Assembly: GCA_001687465.1 (NCBI GenBank)
Contig: LVLI01000004.1
Coordinates: 1 to 46,691 of the forward strand
Length of the DNA: 46,691 nucleotides
Reading direction: 5' to 3'
Source of the DNA: Halocafeteria seosinensis
Taxonomy: Eukaryota
Shown here: positions 10,221 through 22,834 of the stretch, in pieces
How positions within the stretch are numbered: the first letter of the stretch is position 1
How the letters are laid out: the number at the start of each line of letters is the position of its first letter
Translations under genes and position numbers: made by a program
The notes under the pieces: model-generated
Database searches by the model: none
Seen by the model: only the letters and a program-made list of their open reading frames with translations
What the model was told of the DNA's origin: nothing

Positions 10221-11991
10221 ATGAGTGAATGCGACCAGCCGGATCTGTCGCAATTTGGCGTTGTTATAGATACAAAGGGCTCATACGCTTCTGTTACCCC
10301 TTCGACAGCTTCAGCAGAAGCTCCTCAGTACTACTCGAGGGAAGCGATAGGACCTTTGGACGAGTAAGTGGACGTACAGAGAGCGAGCAAGCGCCGACAC
10401 CAAATTGGCTCATTCACTTCATTCATGCAGGTACTCAGAAGAAGATAACGAAGATGAGCAAGACAACCAGGTGGATTCAGTGTCGTCGTCTTCCGTAGCC
10501 AAGGCTACTGCTTCTGGGGCGCGATATACCCCACAACCTCGCCATCCCAAACGCGAAAGAAGTGCACCGGGGGCAACGTTCACGTTCACTGGGAGATATT
10601 ACGACAGTGGGCCCATACAGGAAGCATCCAGTAGAAAGACGAGACGGGCGACCTCAGAGTTGATGCAGGAATCGGCAAACTTAACCAAGAACTTGTTTTC
10701 GTCTCCGTCGGACTCAAGTGAAATTGCGTATCGGAAGCGTATCGAGCCTCCGGTTTCAAAAGAGCTTCAGGAGGCCCTTGGCATGGGCTCTCAGTTCCAG
10801 GAACCACCTTTCCTACCCGCAATGAGGAGGTATGGATATCCTCCTGGGTATATTGGGATTCCATCGAAAAAAGAAAGGGATCAAGAGGACTGGTCAAATG
10901 CCACTACAGCGGCGGGCTACAGCTACGACGCCGTGGCGCGATCTACTATACGCCAGAGACAAGGCGAGTTAATATCAATGTGGCACAGTTTGATTGACGC
11001 TTTGAATTTTCATTTGAGCAATGCAAGCAATGGTTGGCTTTCCGGCATTTTATTGGATGCAGATGTAGCTCGACATCAAACCGAAAGGCAGTGGTTTTCA
11101 AGGGAAGTAGCAATTCTCCAAAACAATGAAGTGGATCGCAATGCAAGTTTACTGAGCTCCCACGTCAAGGAGAAAGCTTCGTTTCTAGTAAGATCCCCAC
11201 GAGCAAAGGGCACGGCCAGCCAATACGACGACTGGCGGTGGGCAGAAGGGGGATGCAGCTCATTGGATAGTGATTCTACTGGCAGCTCTGCCTGTCAGAT
11301 ACTGAATAGCAATGAAGAAGAGTCGAAAGAGGGTCAAAAGGCATGTCATGAGGAAGAAGAGGAAGAGGGTGAGTTGAACTCTTCATATGAAACTAACGAG
11401 CGAACAGAAAGAGAGGCTTCATGCGAACCACTCTTGGAGTTCTTTGAAGAGGAGGAGGAATCGCCACCGAGCGAGGAGTCAATGTCTCTGGGCTCTAGCA
11501 GTGAGAATGAAAGCAATGACAAAGAGGACGGATCCCATCCGGCCCGACGACCGCGATATTGGTTCCTGGTTAGGCGCCCAGAGATTTGCTCAGAGGAATT
11601 TGACGTCGGAACTGCGGGAAACAGCTGCTACCCTTCAATCGTCTTGCGTCCTTACCTACCTGTTTGTACGTGCATTTTGCCCTCTAATAGTTCATGCACT
11701 GTGAAAGCGGATGGAAAGTATTGCCTACCGGGGATGATGAAGAGCATTCCTGGACTTTCAGGAGATCCTCCAACGTACCATATATGGACAACGCTGCCGA
11801 AGCCAAGCCCAGAACCAGCACCCCCAGGGACGGAGGATCCTGATGAGGAGCACCTTCGAGCTCTTCGACATCAGATTATCGGCGCTCCAGTTCCCTCTTA
11901 TAGGAGTGCTGAACACCTAGCTAGTTCCCAATGTGTACCTGTTCGCTCTACACCTGTGTTTTTTCCTTGGCCGGTTCCTATTGGTACGTAA
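10221..11991 (+). CDS. PSP (proline-rich) domain protein, ZCCHC8-like (nuclear exosome targeting factor candidate)
   Basis: VSKELQEALGMGSQFQEPPFLPAMRRYGYPPGY matches the PSP motif and is preceded by GRYYD. Exon 1 is 10221-10363 and the GTAAGT..TGCAG intron is 10364-10430 (phase 2, joins the 10405 ORF frame). Further in-frame introns are possible. Confidence 0.75.
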
Positions 11992-12453
11992 TGCGCTACG
12001 ATGAAATCACTGAGTTTCAGTAATAGCAACTACGATACTTGTCTTGGAACAGACTTTACGACTATTTGTTTGGTACATGGAGCCAAGAATGACGCTTACG
12101 TCATTAGCCCACCGGACAAAACGCGCAGATCTTCTAAATTGGTGGATGTGGAAGAGAAATAGCGTACTACAATTTGGCCTTGCAGCTGTATGCCAGCTTG
12201 TGGCATCCATGTATGATTGAAATTTACATTCCTAGACGTTGCTACATCGGCTGACTAGTGCAACTTGTAGGCGAATAAGTCCGAAGAAAAACAGGTGTGT
12301 ATACCTTGTTGCGTCAAAGACTCCAATTCGGCAGATGTCCTGGTTTCGATTTTGCTAAAACAACAGGGCTAGTCTTGCCCATTCACGGAGAATCTTCCAA
12401 CTGAGTGAAAATTGTTTCACCACGTGGTGTAGGACCTGTGATCGCATACTAAA

Positions 12454-13683
12454 TTAGCCTCCTCCGTCTCCACCGTCTCCTCCACCTCCACCAAAACCAT
12501 TACACCAGCCTCCCCTCCGTCTCCACACTCGCCATGACCATCGGAACAGGTGAATAGCGTGATATACCGTCGGCACAGATACTACTAGCAATGCCAGCGA
12601 GGACAGAATTAAGCCTACCGCGACTGCGTGCGTGCCCCAACCCGTTTAGAACGAAAAGGAGAGAATGATGAAATCTTAGGCGGACTTACATCCCACGTGA
12701 TCGGATAATTCACCCTGACTTAGGTTTACTACGACGACGAGGAGTCCGATCACGTTAATTAGGTTTATAAGCACTACCGCCATTGAAAGCTGCAAGGGCT
12801 AAACTAGGCTTAGGTATCTCAGTGTACTAGTACTGCAAAATACTGCTGGTCAATTGCCACTTACCGCCGCAAATGCTTGTGGGTGCTCTTGCAACAGAGC
12901 CACACTTGTGGGGCTGCGGAACATAACGAGCTGAGCTACGTGATTTAAAGACTCGACAACTCGGCACGCACCAAGCAAAGAATAGTGAAAAGACAATTGC
13001 TATTGCGAGGAAGCCACCCTCTCCCAGTAGGGCGGCGAAAACTCCCGTTACAATGGCTAGTGTCGGTATAAGCGCGGCAGCAGGCTTCAGTCTTTTGATG
13101 TACTTGTCGACATACTGGGGTCGTCTGTGAAGAATTGCGGTCATTCAATTAACTTTGTTGGACGATCCAAACGAGATAAAACGAAATTGACTTACTCGGA
13201 GTCTTCCTGGGATCTGCCCTGAGAAGTGGGAACCGTTACCTGAGCAGCGGTTTGCACTGGAGGGGCTACGGGAATCTGCTGAGTGTGGTGTGGCGGTTGT
13301 TGCATCTGGAATTGTTGAAACCTTGAATCCATTCCTTGCCCCATGTATTGATTACCAGCAACTACATATGCGCCTTGAGGCGGGGCGGTTGCATGCGCAC
13401 CAGGTGCAGGAGGATACTGGTACTGCGGTGGGTGTTGCATCATTGTTGCCTGGGAAGGGTAAGAAGGATAAGGGGGTTGTGCCCCTGTGTATTGCCCGGG
13501 CCCCCGTGGAGGCTGTTGGAATTGAGGGTGCTGCTGCCACTGCATTTGACCTGTTTGCATTTGTGGTTGTCCGGCGGCTGTTTGTTGTTGTCCCTCATAG
13601 GGATGGTAGTTGGGCCCCGGGTGACTCACCGCGTGAGTCGTACTTTGCGAGGAGTTGTTGGGGTTTGTTGAACCTTGCTCCAT
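12454..13683 (-). CDS. Four-TM membrane protein with Q/P/Y-rich N-terminus and Gly-rich C-terminus (~319 aa)
   Basis: Exons 13683-13196, 13124-12972, 12913-12865, 12789-12690, 12623-12454. GT-AG introns of phases 2,2,0,1 give an open frame ending GFGGGGGDGGDGGG*. Confidence 0.75.
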
Positions 13684-14560
13684 TTATACTCGTATGCCCA
13701 AACGCAGTACCCGGGAAAGATGAATATATAACGGTAATTGTACCGTTGATGGGAATTATTCAATTTTGGTGATGGATTGACAATCCAACGGATTCGAAAT
13801 TCGGTTTGAAAGTTGGAAGAACTGTGTTCTTCAAGGGACATTGTTGGAACCTCCTTTCTCACAGAATTGTTTGTCGTTCCTTCGGGAAACTACAAGCTTC
13901 AAAGACTACGCTATTGTACCGAGGTGCCCTGCCTATGGTTCCGAAAGACTAGCGATATATGAGAGGAAGGAAATTTCGGCAATCCGCAACACTCAGTGCC
14001 AACTACCGTTAAATTGCGCCGGCCCCGCACCATACCGCATGGCTGCCTGTTTCCATGCGGCCGGTGCCCTTGAAGTTAGGTACAATTGTATGAGTGCCGC
14101 TTAACATCAGAGAGCCTGCTGCAATAGCATCATGTTAGCATGGTAGTCTGTCAATAATAATTGATACTTTGGATCAATTCCTACCAATCCAAAGAATTGA
14201 CAATTCCTAGCGGCACTACAGCGATGCTCAGTTTTCAGTTTTGTTTCAGCGCTGGTTCGCAGCCGATGCAAGTGCAGAAGCATTTCACGGCCTTCAGTAT
14301 TCATGAGGCTTGGACTACCTTGATCGTTGCGAAATGCTGCGTTAAGACCACATGGTGTATGTGTTAACCACAGTAGACCGGCAGCTTGAACCACGGCTGC
14401 AAAGGGTGGGGCAATTGTTGTCCAAGAATTGATATCTCTGGTGGTTGCATCGTCAAGAATGCAAACACAAGATAAACATTGCCGGGGAAATCGGGGAATA
14501 GCGTCAGATATTCTTGTCTTCTCCGCATGCCCCAGAACCCAAACGTGCGGCGAAAGCCAG

Positions 14561-15645
14561 TCAATCTTCAGGTCTGCTCAGACGTAACTTATGCAGCGGT
14601 AGTTCGCTCGTCCAGATGGGGTAGCTATTGTAAGCTCCAGACATTGAGTTACCGATAATGGAGGCCAACAAGATAAGTTGTGTTACAAATTCTGTAAAGG
14701 AAGTGACCATGCTGGTATCACTGCTACAATGAGCTTGATACTTAGCTCACTCCGACCTGACACTTACCTCCCGGAGTGATTTGTGCGCCGGATGCGACCT
14801 CACTAAATAAGACCACAAAATAGAATACCATAGCAAAAGCCAGGGAACATACTAGAACGTCGGAACAACAATGCTGCACGTACGGCATAACCTGGTTGAC
14901 GAGAGTGACGGTAGTTCAATATTTATTGGAAATCGACACTCACAATAATGAACATAGTTTTCATTCGATAAAATACAGCAAAGATTCCCGTGCTGCACCC
15001 AACACGTATCATCATTGGGGACGCTTGCGTGTAACGTTGACTTCAACATTCCTCTAAGATATCGTACCTGCAGGTGATAACTGCAAGGATAATCATCCCT
15101 GCACCCATCCCTGTTTCTTGAGTAGAGGACTCCACAACTCCTGATACGAGGGCAAATGCTGGAATGAGGAAAACTAGCCACTTCAGCTTAGACAAGCGGA
15201 TTTCTGCATTGGCTACTTCGTTGCTGCGAGACGTGGGGTTTGAAGACATCGTCAACTTAAGCGAACGCACAGCAAAGTAAGCGACATACTCGGAAGTTAT
15301 CCATTCCGTATGTTTCCCTTTATTGTATTCTTGTTGTTGCGTTTCCAGCGATTCCGCGTTTGGAACTTCGGCCCCCACTTGCCTCATAGGGTTCTGATAT
15401 CCGTAAGTTGTGGTCCGATTCGGTAATGGTTCTATTGCATCGGCAAAGATGTCAGAGATAGAGGTATCGGAGGCACGTTCCTTCTTGTTCTGATACTTTT
15501 TTTTTTTTGAGTTTCCTGTTACCGAAGAATGCTGGGCTTGCACCCAAGGTCCACTTGTTCGGTAACCGCTCAATTGGGTTGCGGTACTCGATGCGCGTTC
15601 GACATCCCTCGCCTCGTCGGTCTGCGATTCTTCTTTTTCTTCCAT
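14561..15645 (-). CDS. Four-TM membrane protein, tandem paralog of 12454-13683
   Basis: Exons 15645-15290, 15223-15068, 14992-14944, 14873-14768, 14691-14561, with the same intron phases 2,2,0,1. LSKLKWLVFLIPAFALVSGV resembles IKRLKPAAALIPTLAIVTGV. The start codon is uncertain (alternative 15769). Confidence 0.7.
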
Positions 15646-16739
15646 TTTCTATTGGATTTCTATACTGTATTCCGTTTCGGCATTCATGCGTAATCGTGGT
15701 ATCTTCTTCCCAGGAATCTGAGTGTTCCGAACAGCTGGCACGGTTTGGACTTTCAAAGTTCCACGTCATAGATAAGGGGAAGAAAAGCAAGACGCTCCCT
15801 TTATGACATTCAAGTTGAGCCTGAATCGTACTTGTACTGCCACATTGACCTTTAAACTGCGCTCGTGGATGATGGGATCTCCTCCGTCTACCGCTCAGTT
15901 TAGCTCAAAAGGTTGTACGTTGTGAGCGATTACACCGGACGACGCGGAGGTTCGGATCTGCAAGAAGACGACTGACTTAAGTATTCGGACTGATTTTTCC
16001 ACACAATCTCCTATGATTCGAAACCAAGAAATTACGGTAACAAAGTGAACATACCAACACTACAGGTGTCGTATAATATGAATCTGTAGCGAAATGTCCC
16101 TGGTTGAAGACGACTGTGGTCGCAAGATACTTCGAAGAGGTCGGCTTCGACGCCCGTTGATGATGTGGCCTTCGGCAGGATACAATTGTAGCATTGATAT
16201 TGTAGTACAGAAGCAGTGGTGGTCATTATGGGTGGAAAGATTTAGGTTTGTGTTTCAGGAACCGAAGAATGCCATTGAGAGATCCCCCGAAGGGTTTCGC
16301 AGAGTGTATTCTCCACGAAAACCCTTCGTTTCAAGCACGTATCAAAGTTGTCTCCTCTGCATCCGTTAATTCTAGACCACCCCATTTTCCTCCATGCCTC
16401 TTGTCCGACGTCTCTGAAATATTATAATTTGGCGTGCCAGAAGTTCCTGGTCGCACCTTGCGACCGAGTGCGGCGGTGGAACTTCCACCGTGGAAGCCAC
16501 GCCATTATTAAGGCTGTACGAGTATGTAATGTCAATACGTTAGTGTTAAGTTAACATTTCTATTTTTGTCTCTCAAGTCATTGAGGGGAGAAAGTTTGAT
16601 AGTGGAAACATGATATTGTAGACGAGCGAGAGACAAAAATGGCGCGCAGAAGAGGTTTTTCGTGCTGATTTCATCCATCTTGGCACCACGGCAAACGACG
16701 ACGATAAGCAGGAAGGTGCCAATGTGAATACGCGAGAGT

Positions 16740-19700
16740 ATGGCGGAAAACCAAAGGGCGCCGCGGATTCCTCGCTTGGATTTGCGGAAACTTCAAGTTG
16801 GCAAAGAAGCCACATTCACCGAGGAAACTCGACGTTCAGGGGAACGAGGCCGTCATTCGAATCGGAGGCAAACAGACTTCCTCGCTTCGGACCCGACGTC
16901 GTTCGCGTCACTTTTCCGAAAATCTTATGAAAAGGGAAGAAGTTCTCCCAAGGAGGATCATCGAACAGCAGTTACCGCTCGTGCAACTTCGAAACGTATC
17001 GAAGTTCCTCAGCGTCCTGAGAAGATTAAGAAGCCAGCTTATTCGGCAAGAGCGCACGTTGGAGATGGTAGAGGCCGGTCCGTAGTGTCATGTTCTCGGG
17101 GCTATCCGGAGCGGAAGGGTCAATCTACCAGCAGGAGTCGCCGCGTAGTCCAACCGTCGAATGAGCTCAGGAATGTGTTGAACTACGCATATGAGCAATA
17201 TGGAATACAAGACGATGCGATGGAAAGTCCAACAACTGCTACCGAGGAAAAGATGATTGAGCAGACGTTGTATTCAGTTAGATATTCGCCCTCGAAATTG
17301 GAGGAGCAGAATGTGTACTGGAAGCCATCGAAAGAAGTGAAGTCTCCAAGATTTGAGAGAAGCCACCAAATCCGCGCCAACAGGGCCAAAAATCTACCAT
17401 CATTGCTACCAAAATCTCCAAGGAGGCCTAAACACTTCGCTTGCGCTTCTTCGGGCAGGATTGCAGCTGTACAACAGGAGCAGTCTCCAAGATCGAAAAC
17501 TGAGGAATCCTCAGTTTCACCAAGACGCGTATACCATTTTGACACGTCGATATATGAGCGGTTTGGTCTAAAATTGGAAAGCGGTCAAAAGGAAACGGAT
17601 AATGAGCTGGATAGAGTGTCACAAGAGACCAATTGCTTTGAACATCTGTCTGTGTCTTCCGACGAAGAGCAGCCGGCCAGTGACCTTCCGCCCAAATTAT
17701 CTTTCTATTCCGGTCATGCCCCGGAAGCTACCTCTCTAAATGGGAAATCACCTGAAGGTGAAGCTAAAAAACAGTTACGTCCCAATACTGTATCTGTATT
17801 TAGGAGGTCCGAGGAACGCACCCCGCGCGAAATACCGGCACCACGCCGTCCCAGTACCGCCTCAATGTATCATGAGATGGGCACGGGTATAGCCCCAGTA
17901 ACGTCTTATGACAAGAAACTTGAAGGCAGTAGAAACAGGAGAGGCTCTGCAAATGCTAAAAGTGAAGCAAGAGACGGAAGAAGGAGTCGCACTAGCAGCA
18001 TTGGGAGGCCTAAAAGTGGGACTCCGATGGAAGACACAACATTGGAAGGACCCGCTCATCGGTCCCCGAGAAACAATTTTAGAGCGGGAGACTTGCACGT
18101 GGCAAAGACAGAGAGCCAGGATACGGCTGCTGTGAAGTCCTCCGAAAGGTCCTTGCCAGTATCTATTAGATGCTACAAACACTCGTCCAACATCTTTCTT
18201 GAACGAGAGTATTTTCCGCAGCAATTTACTGACGCTTGGAGAAAATCCTTTCAGCAATTGGACGAACATCCAGTGTCGTCCGGAGACGAAGGGAACACGG
18301 CGGCAAATGTCTCCCCTACAAAAGCAAACCCTGAGTCTTTGAGTTTCTTCGAAGATATCGACGACCGCCAGGGCACTTCACGTTCGAAAGCAAAGATACG
18401 GGCAAGGATCAAAAGCAACTTCAGGGTTGAGGATGATGCGGAGTTCCAACGGTAAGTTCCAGTGCAAGAGAAACCAAAACGTGTTTACGAAATAAATCGT
18501 AATTGATGCTAATATCGCAGATGGATAGCTAAACATGGCAGGAAGAAGTTTGTCAAGAATTTACAGAGTATGATGGACCTACTTCGGCAATGGTTCAGAT
18601 GGATAGACGCTGATGGTTCCGGTGAACTAAGTGTTGAAGAATTGACGGAACCACTTCTAAGTCTTGGGTTAGCGTCCTCGCACCAGGAAGTGCGAGCGCT
18701 TATTCATGCTGTGAAAGGATCTTTACCGCCAGACATAGCAGCAGTCTTTGCGTATGTTCATAAGAAATCTTCGAGCTCGGAGGGCACGGATTTGGAATTA
18801 GGGAAACTGTTGGGTACTTTATCCGTTTCTTTGGAGGATGATGATGACTGGCAACGGCAGCAAAGTGAAGCGGCTTATTTACAGTCACTTTCAAGCAGTA
18901 TTGGAAAGCAAAACCGAAATGCCGCTTCGACAGTTGATTCGTTGAGGCTAAGGATGCTCACGGACATAGAATTGCAGCAACAGCAATTGCATCAAGGGAG
19001 CGCGCCCAAGCATGGAAGCGCTGAGAACTACAACGTGAGTGGTTCTCGAAAACATTCTCCCGAGATCGGCTTTTCTGAGTTCGTGACCTTGCTGACCGAT
19101 CAATCTATTGTGGATACTGCAAAAGCAATAGTCAATGTACAAAACCAGGTTAAGTATGCTAGTAAGTGCTGGAATTCGTTCCACCGTTCCCGGGATACCG
19201 AGAGACAGGAACAAAACAGAAGGGTTTCAGAACCCCGGCGACGTCCGGAGGACGGGGCCAGCCGGAGGTCGTCGATGCCTAGAAGACTGAGCGTCGGAGA
19301 CATGGAATTGGATCCTACAACCCGGCGCCTCAGTATTGATCTGCCACTTGCTCGTCCGACGGCGGAAGGAAGTAGTTCAGGTGTACAGATGGGCAAACAG
19401 GAAACGATCAGGACGACGTTACGTCTAAAACCCCGCCGAGCCAGTTATCATGGGATACAGAACTTGATGGGCTCTTCCAAGGAAGGTCACAATGAAAAGC
19501 CACTGAAAGAAGACGATCAAACTCTCCAGGCCCTCAAAGATGTGGAGCACAGTACGAAGACTCTGGATAACTCGTCGAAGAAGCACGGCCGAACCGGTGT
19601 GGTCGTACTTCAAAATGCAGCTAGAGAGAAAGAGACGGAACTCTATGGCGATGGAGGAAATGTTGGCCTTAAGAATCCGTTGACTAGGCTCTTTCGAGAA

Positions 19701-19970
19701 TTTATGTTGGGTCGTCTGGGAGATTCGTCGCTGTCATTTCCTGTTATTATTTCTGCATTTCGGCGGAAGAGGTTAATGCGTGCATGTTGTGGGGATGCCA
19801 CTGAAGATGAGTTGAAGCAAGTGGAGGAAGAGGTTGCCGATAGACGCGCTGACAAGTTTGCGGCAGACAAGTTCCAGATCCCACAGGGAATCACCATGGG
19901 TCTTGCTGCTGCGAAGAATAACTTGATCCAGTATGCCAACAAACACCAGAGGCCAAAGGAACAAGAGTAG
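16740..19970 (+). CDS. EF-hand protein with long disordered Ser/Arg-rich N-terminus (~1,050 aa)
   Basis: The 571-aa and 466-aa ORFs are joined in frame by a GTAAGT..CGCAG intron at 18452-18520. Canonical EF loop DADGSGELSVEE in LRQWFRWIDADGSGELSVEELTEPLLSLGL. Confidence 0.8.
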
Positions 19971-20026
19971 TCGTGAAATCACGCAAACGTTAAAGAAATA
20001 GAAACAAGCACTGATGTCGCTTATTC

Positions 20027-20683
20027 TTAGCTTATGAGATTCTGTTTGCAGCGCTTGTTGTAATCAGCTATTATGCCTTGGTTTGTGAATCCAATAACGT
20101 TTTCTATGGGTCTGCTGGAAGTTTCATGAGCGATTTGCTTTGTAGTTTTGAATGGTTTAGGGTCATGTGCAACAGCTGGTACTCCACACGATAAGTCCAG
20201 TTTGCTCTTGAACGGGGACTGAGCCTTACCGCCACTATGGTCGACATGGTTCCTTGCCGCATTGGGATGGTATGGCTCCAATTTCTTGCGTCTGTCGCCA
20301 ACGCTGGTATGTTTCTTACCGGCAAACTGGGCTCTGTTTTCGGTCACGTTAGCGTCGCGCGTATCATTCAGCACTGGGTTAACACTGCCGTAGGGCTTAG
20401 CACTATAGTCGCGCTTGAACGGCTGTTGACTAGTCCTAAATGGTTTCGCGACAATTCTTCCTCCTTCTAGTCGGGTTTGTTGAGCATGACCTACTCTAGC
20501 AGTAGCCTGAGCTCTACTCCCACCTGTAGCCGATCTCTTGCCAGCTGAGGAAGCTTTTCTCGAAGTAGTGCCATTCAGTTGCTGCGACGATCCCAGCGTG
20601 TTTTCATCATAGAGTTGCTGGGTTCCACCCTTGGCAGCCCATTGCCTATATTTTTGGCCAATTGAGGTTCCGCTGGAATTCAT
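20027..20683 (-). CDS. Hypothetical basic protein (218 aa)
   Basis: ATG-initiated, intronless ORF with protein-like composition, convergent with the EF-hand gene. No domain recognised. Confidence 0.65.
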   Translation of the reverse strand: MNSSGTSIGQKYRQWAAKGGTQQLYDENTLGSSQQLNGTTSRKASSAGKRSATGGSRAQATARVGHAQQTRLEGGRIVAKPFRTSQQPFKRDYSAKPYGSVNPVLNDTRDANVTENRAQFAGKKHTSVGDRRKKLEPYHPNAARNHVDHSGGKAQSPFKSKLDLSCGVPAVAHDPKPFKTTKQIAHETSSRPIENVIGFTNQGIIADYNKRCKQNLIS

Positions 20684-21368
20684 GATTACTCGTTGAACGG
20701 CCGTTTCCCAGGCTCGATCCGTGAATGGTTCCTCGCCCTCTGTCGAAAGTCTGTAAAATCAACAACATGGAAGATCGATAGCAAAAATAAATATAGAGAA
20801 AAAGACTCTTTCTGCCTGAAGACTGAACCTAGACACATAAAAATAAACTTTGCGCGCGCATGTGATGTGCGTGGAATTCAAGTTCCTCCTGGCGAGCCTT
20901 TTCTTTCCCTCTTTTACAAACGCAGTTGCCACCCCCTCGAACGTTATACCATACGCTCGTATCGGTACTACTGACATACCAACACCACCACGGAATTATT
21001 GTGGGGGAGAGAAAAACACGAGTTTTGGCTTCCAGTCCTGGAACTTACGTTGAACAGGCGTCGCAAGAACCCCACCCGTACGAATTAAATTACACACCAG
21101 TCTCACACCCTCTCAATCTCTTCACACAAGATGCGCATTTGTGCTGAGTATGACAACACGCTCTCAAACGTGGAATTAACCCAAGAGAATGAGGTGAAAT
21201 GGCCCCTGGAAACTTGAAGGCTTCCTGGCTCGGTTGCGACCGGATGACTCGTCGCGCGTTTTCCCACGCGTTGGAATTCAAACGCCCCCCCCTTTCAGAG
21301 TATGCCACGTTGCACTCTCTTGTTCAACAAAACAACCATCGGTGAACGTGATGGAAGATGAAAATGAC

Positions 21369-21866
21369 TTACCGCCTGTCGGTAGTTAATTTGCCGTGAC
21401 CCTGCATAGCTTTCTTTATCATTACACTCGGACGACGTTGCATGGCTTCTTCCAGTTTCATGGTCCTGTCTCGACCTTCTGTTCCTTGCGGATTCCTGTA
21501 CCGTTGACCGCTCGCATATCGGAGATAACTTCGCTTTAGATCGTATTTAGAGTCGAATAGGTCTTGTCCTGAGAATCGGCGCTCCAATACTGCAGTCCTT
21601 CCAAGTTGCTGAGGAGGTGCCGGAGCTATCCCTCCAGGTCCTGGAGGTGGCGGAGGGGGAGGACATGCTGCTTGCTGCTGTTGTTGACGTTGTCGATAAT
21701 ACTCTCGCTTCCGGTGCTGATATGATTTCTGCTGCCTTGGTGGAGGTACTGGAGGAGCCTGAGCTCGCTGTTGCGGTGCTCTACTGCTGTGCCGGGGTTT
21801 TCGACTTCGCGAATGAAGCAGATGACTTCTTTCCTCTTTGGGGAATACTGCTGCCGAAAGCCACAT
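21369..21866 (-). CDS. Hypothetical Pro/Gln-rich protein (165 aa; start uncertain)
   Basis: ORF with poly-Q and poly-P tracts (QQQQQAACPPPPPPPGPGG) and a basic C-terminus. Confidence 0.5.
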   Translation of the reverse strand: MWLSAAVFPKEERSHLLHSRSRKPRHSSRAPQQRAQAPPVPPPRQQKSYQHRKREYYRQRQQQQQAACPPPPPPPGPGGIAPAPPQQLGRTAVLERRFSGQDLFDSKYDLKRSYLRYASGQRYRNPQGTEGRDRTMKLEEAMQRRPSVMIKKAMQGHGKLTTDRR

Positions 21867-22834
21867 CGCCCTCTTTGACTATCTCTTATTCTTGCTTGTA
21901 TCCCTTTTCCTCTGTCTTCCTGTCTGTGTCTTAAAGGGAGGATCTGGCAAACGCTCACTGAGACATGGTCACTCTTTTAGTGAATTTCGCTGCGTTGTGG
22001 CCAGTTTGATATGTTCAAGAGCGCGAATCGGTCGACACTGAACTTAAATCACTTATGGTAATGTGGATCAGTGTCATGTAGTGGCCACATTTGATAGAGC
22101 CCCGAAATGTTCACTCTCGCGCCAAATTACGTCCCCGTTGCTTTGCTACCCCAACTGTGTTGGAAAGAAACTCCCTGAGTTATGAGTCGATCATGAAGAT
22201 TGAACACTCAATTTAGGGCTATATCTACCATATGAACAAATATACTACAAAACTTACTATTGTCGAGATCCATTGAGCGAATCTCGGGAGGAGGCAAATG
22301 GCTATCTGTGAAGTGCAGCACTTAACGGTTGCGGAAGTTGCAAACATGGCCAGTACAGTAGTCGTCGAAACAAATGGAACGAAAGGAATGTTGATAACCG
22401 TACATGATTTATGTTGTTTAAGTGACGAGACGTCTATATGTGCAATGGGAAAGAGTTGAATGAAGCCATGGTCTGAGACAGCCGATGATCTAAGGACCCA
22501 AGCCAATCCAAAGATCCACAGGATCTTCAAGAAGAGGCTTCCGCATTGACTATGCCATTAAGTGCAGTGTCTACTAGAAACCGACAAAATGGAAAGCAAA
22601 ATCGGTACAGGAACACTCCGTCGTCTAAACTGCTCTGCAGGACCTTGTTGCGAGCAACATCTGTCAGATGTTGCTTGAATTGTGGTGATAGACATGATGA
22701 TCTAAGACATCTAGCCACTAGTTCTCAATATGCTTCCATGAGTTGTAGCCGCTACACGCAGGAAGACTAAAGCGGAAGTGGTCTTTTCAAGAGAGATAAT
22801 CTCGTTTGCGGATAGATTGTGGCCGGACATTCTC

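Noticed and set aside
22200..22790. Short ORFs between the Pro-rich gene and the SDR (22225..22530, 22546..22770)
   Set aside because: No consistent frame, splice model or recognisable domain; may be intergenic or a degraded relic.
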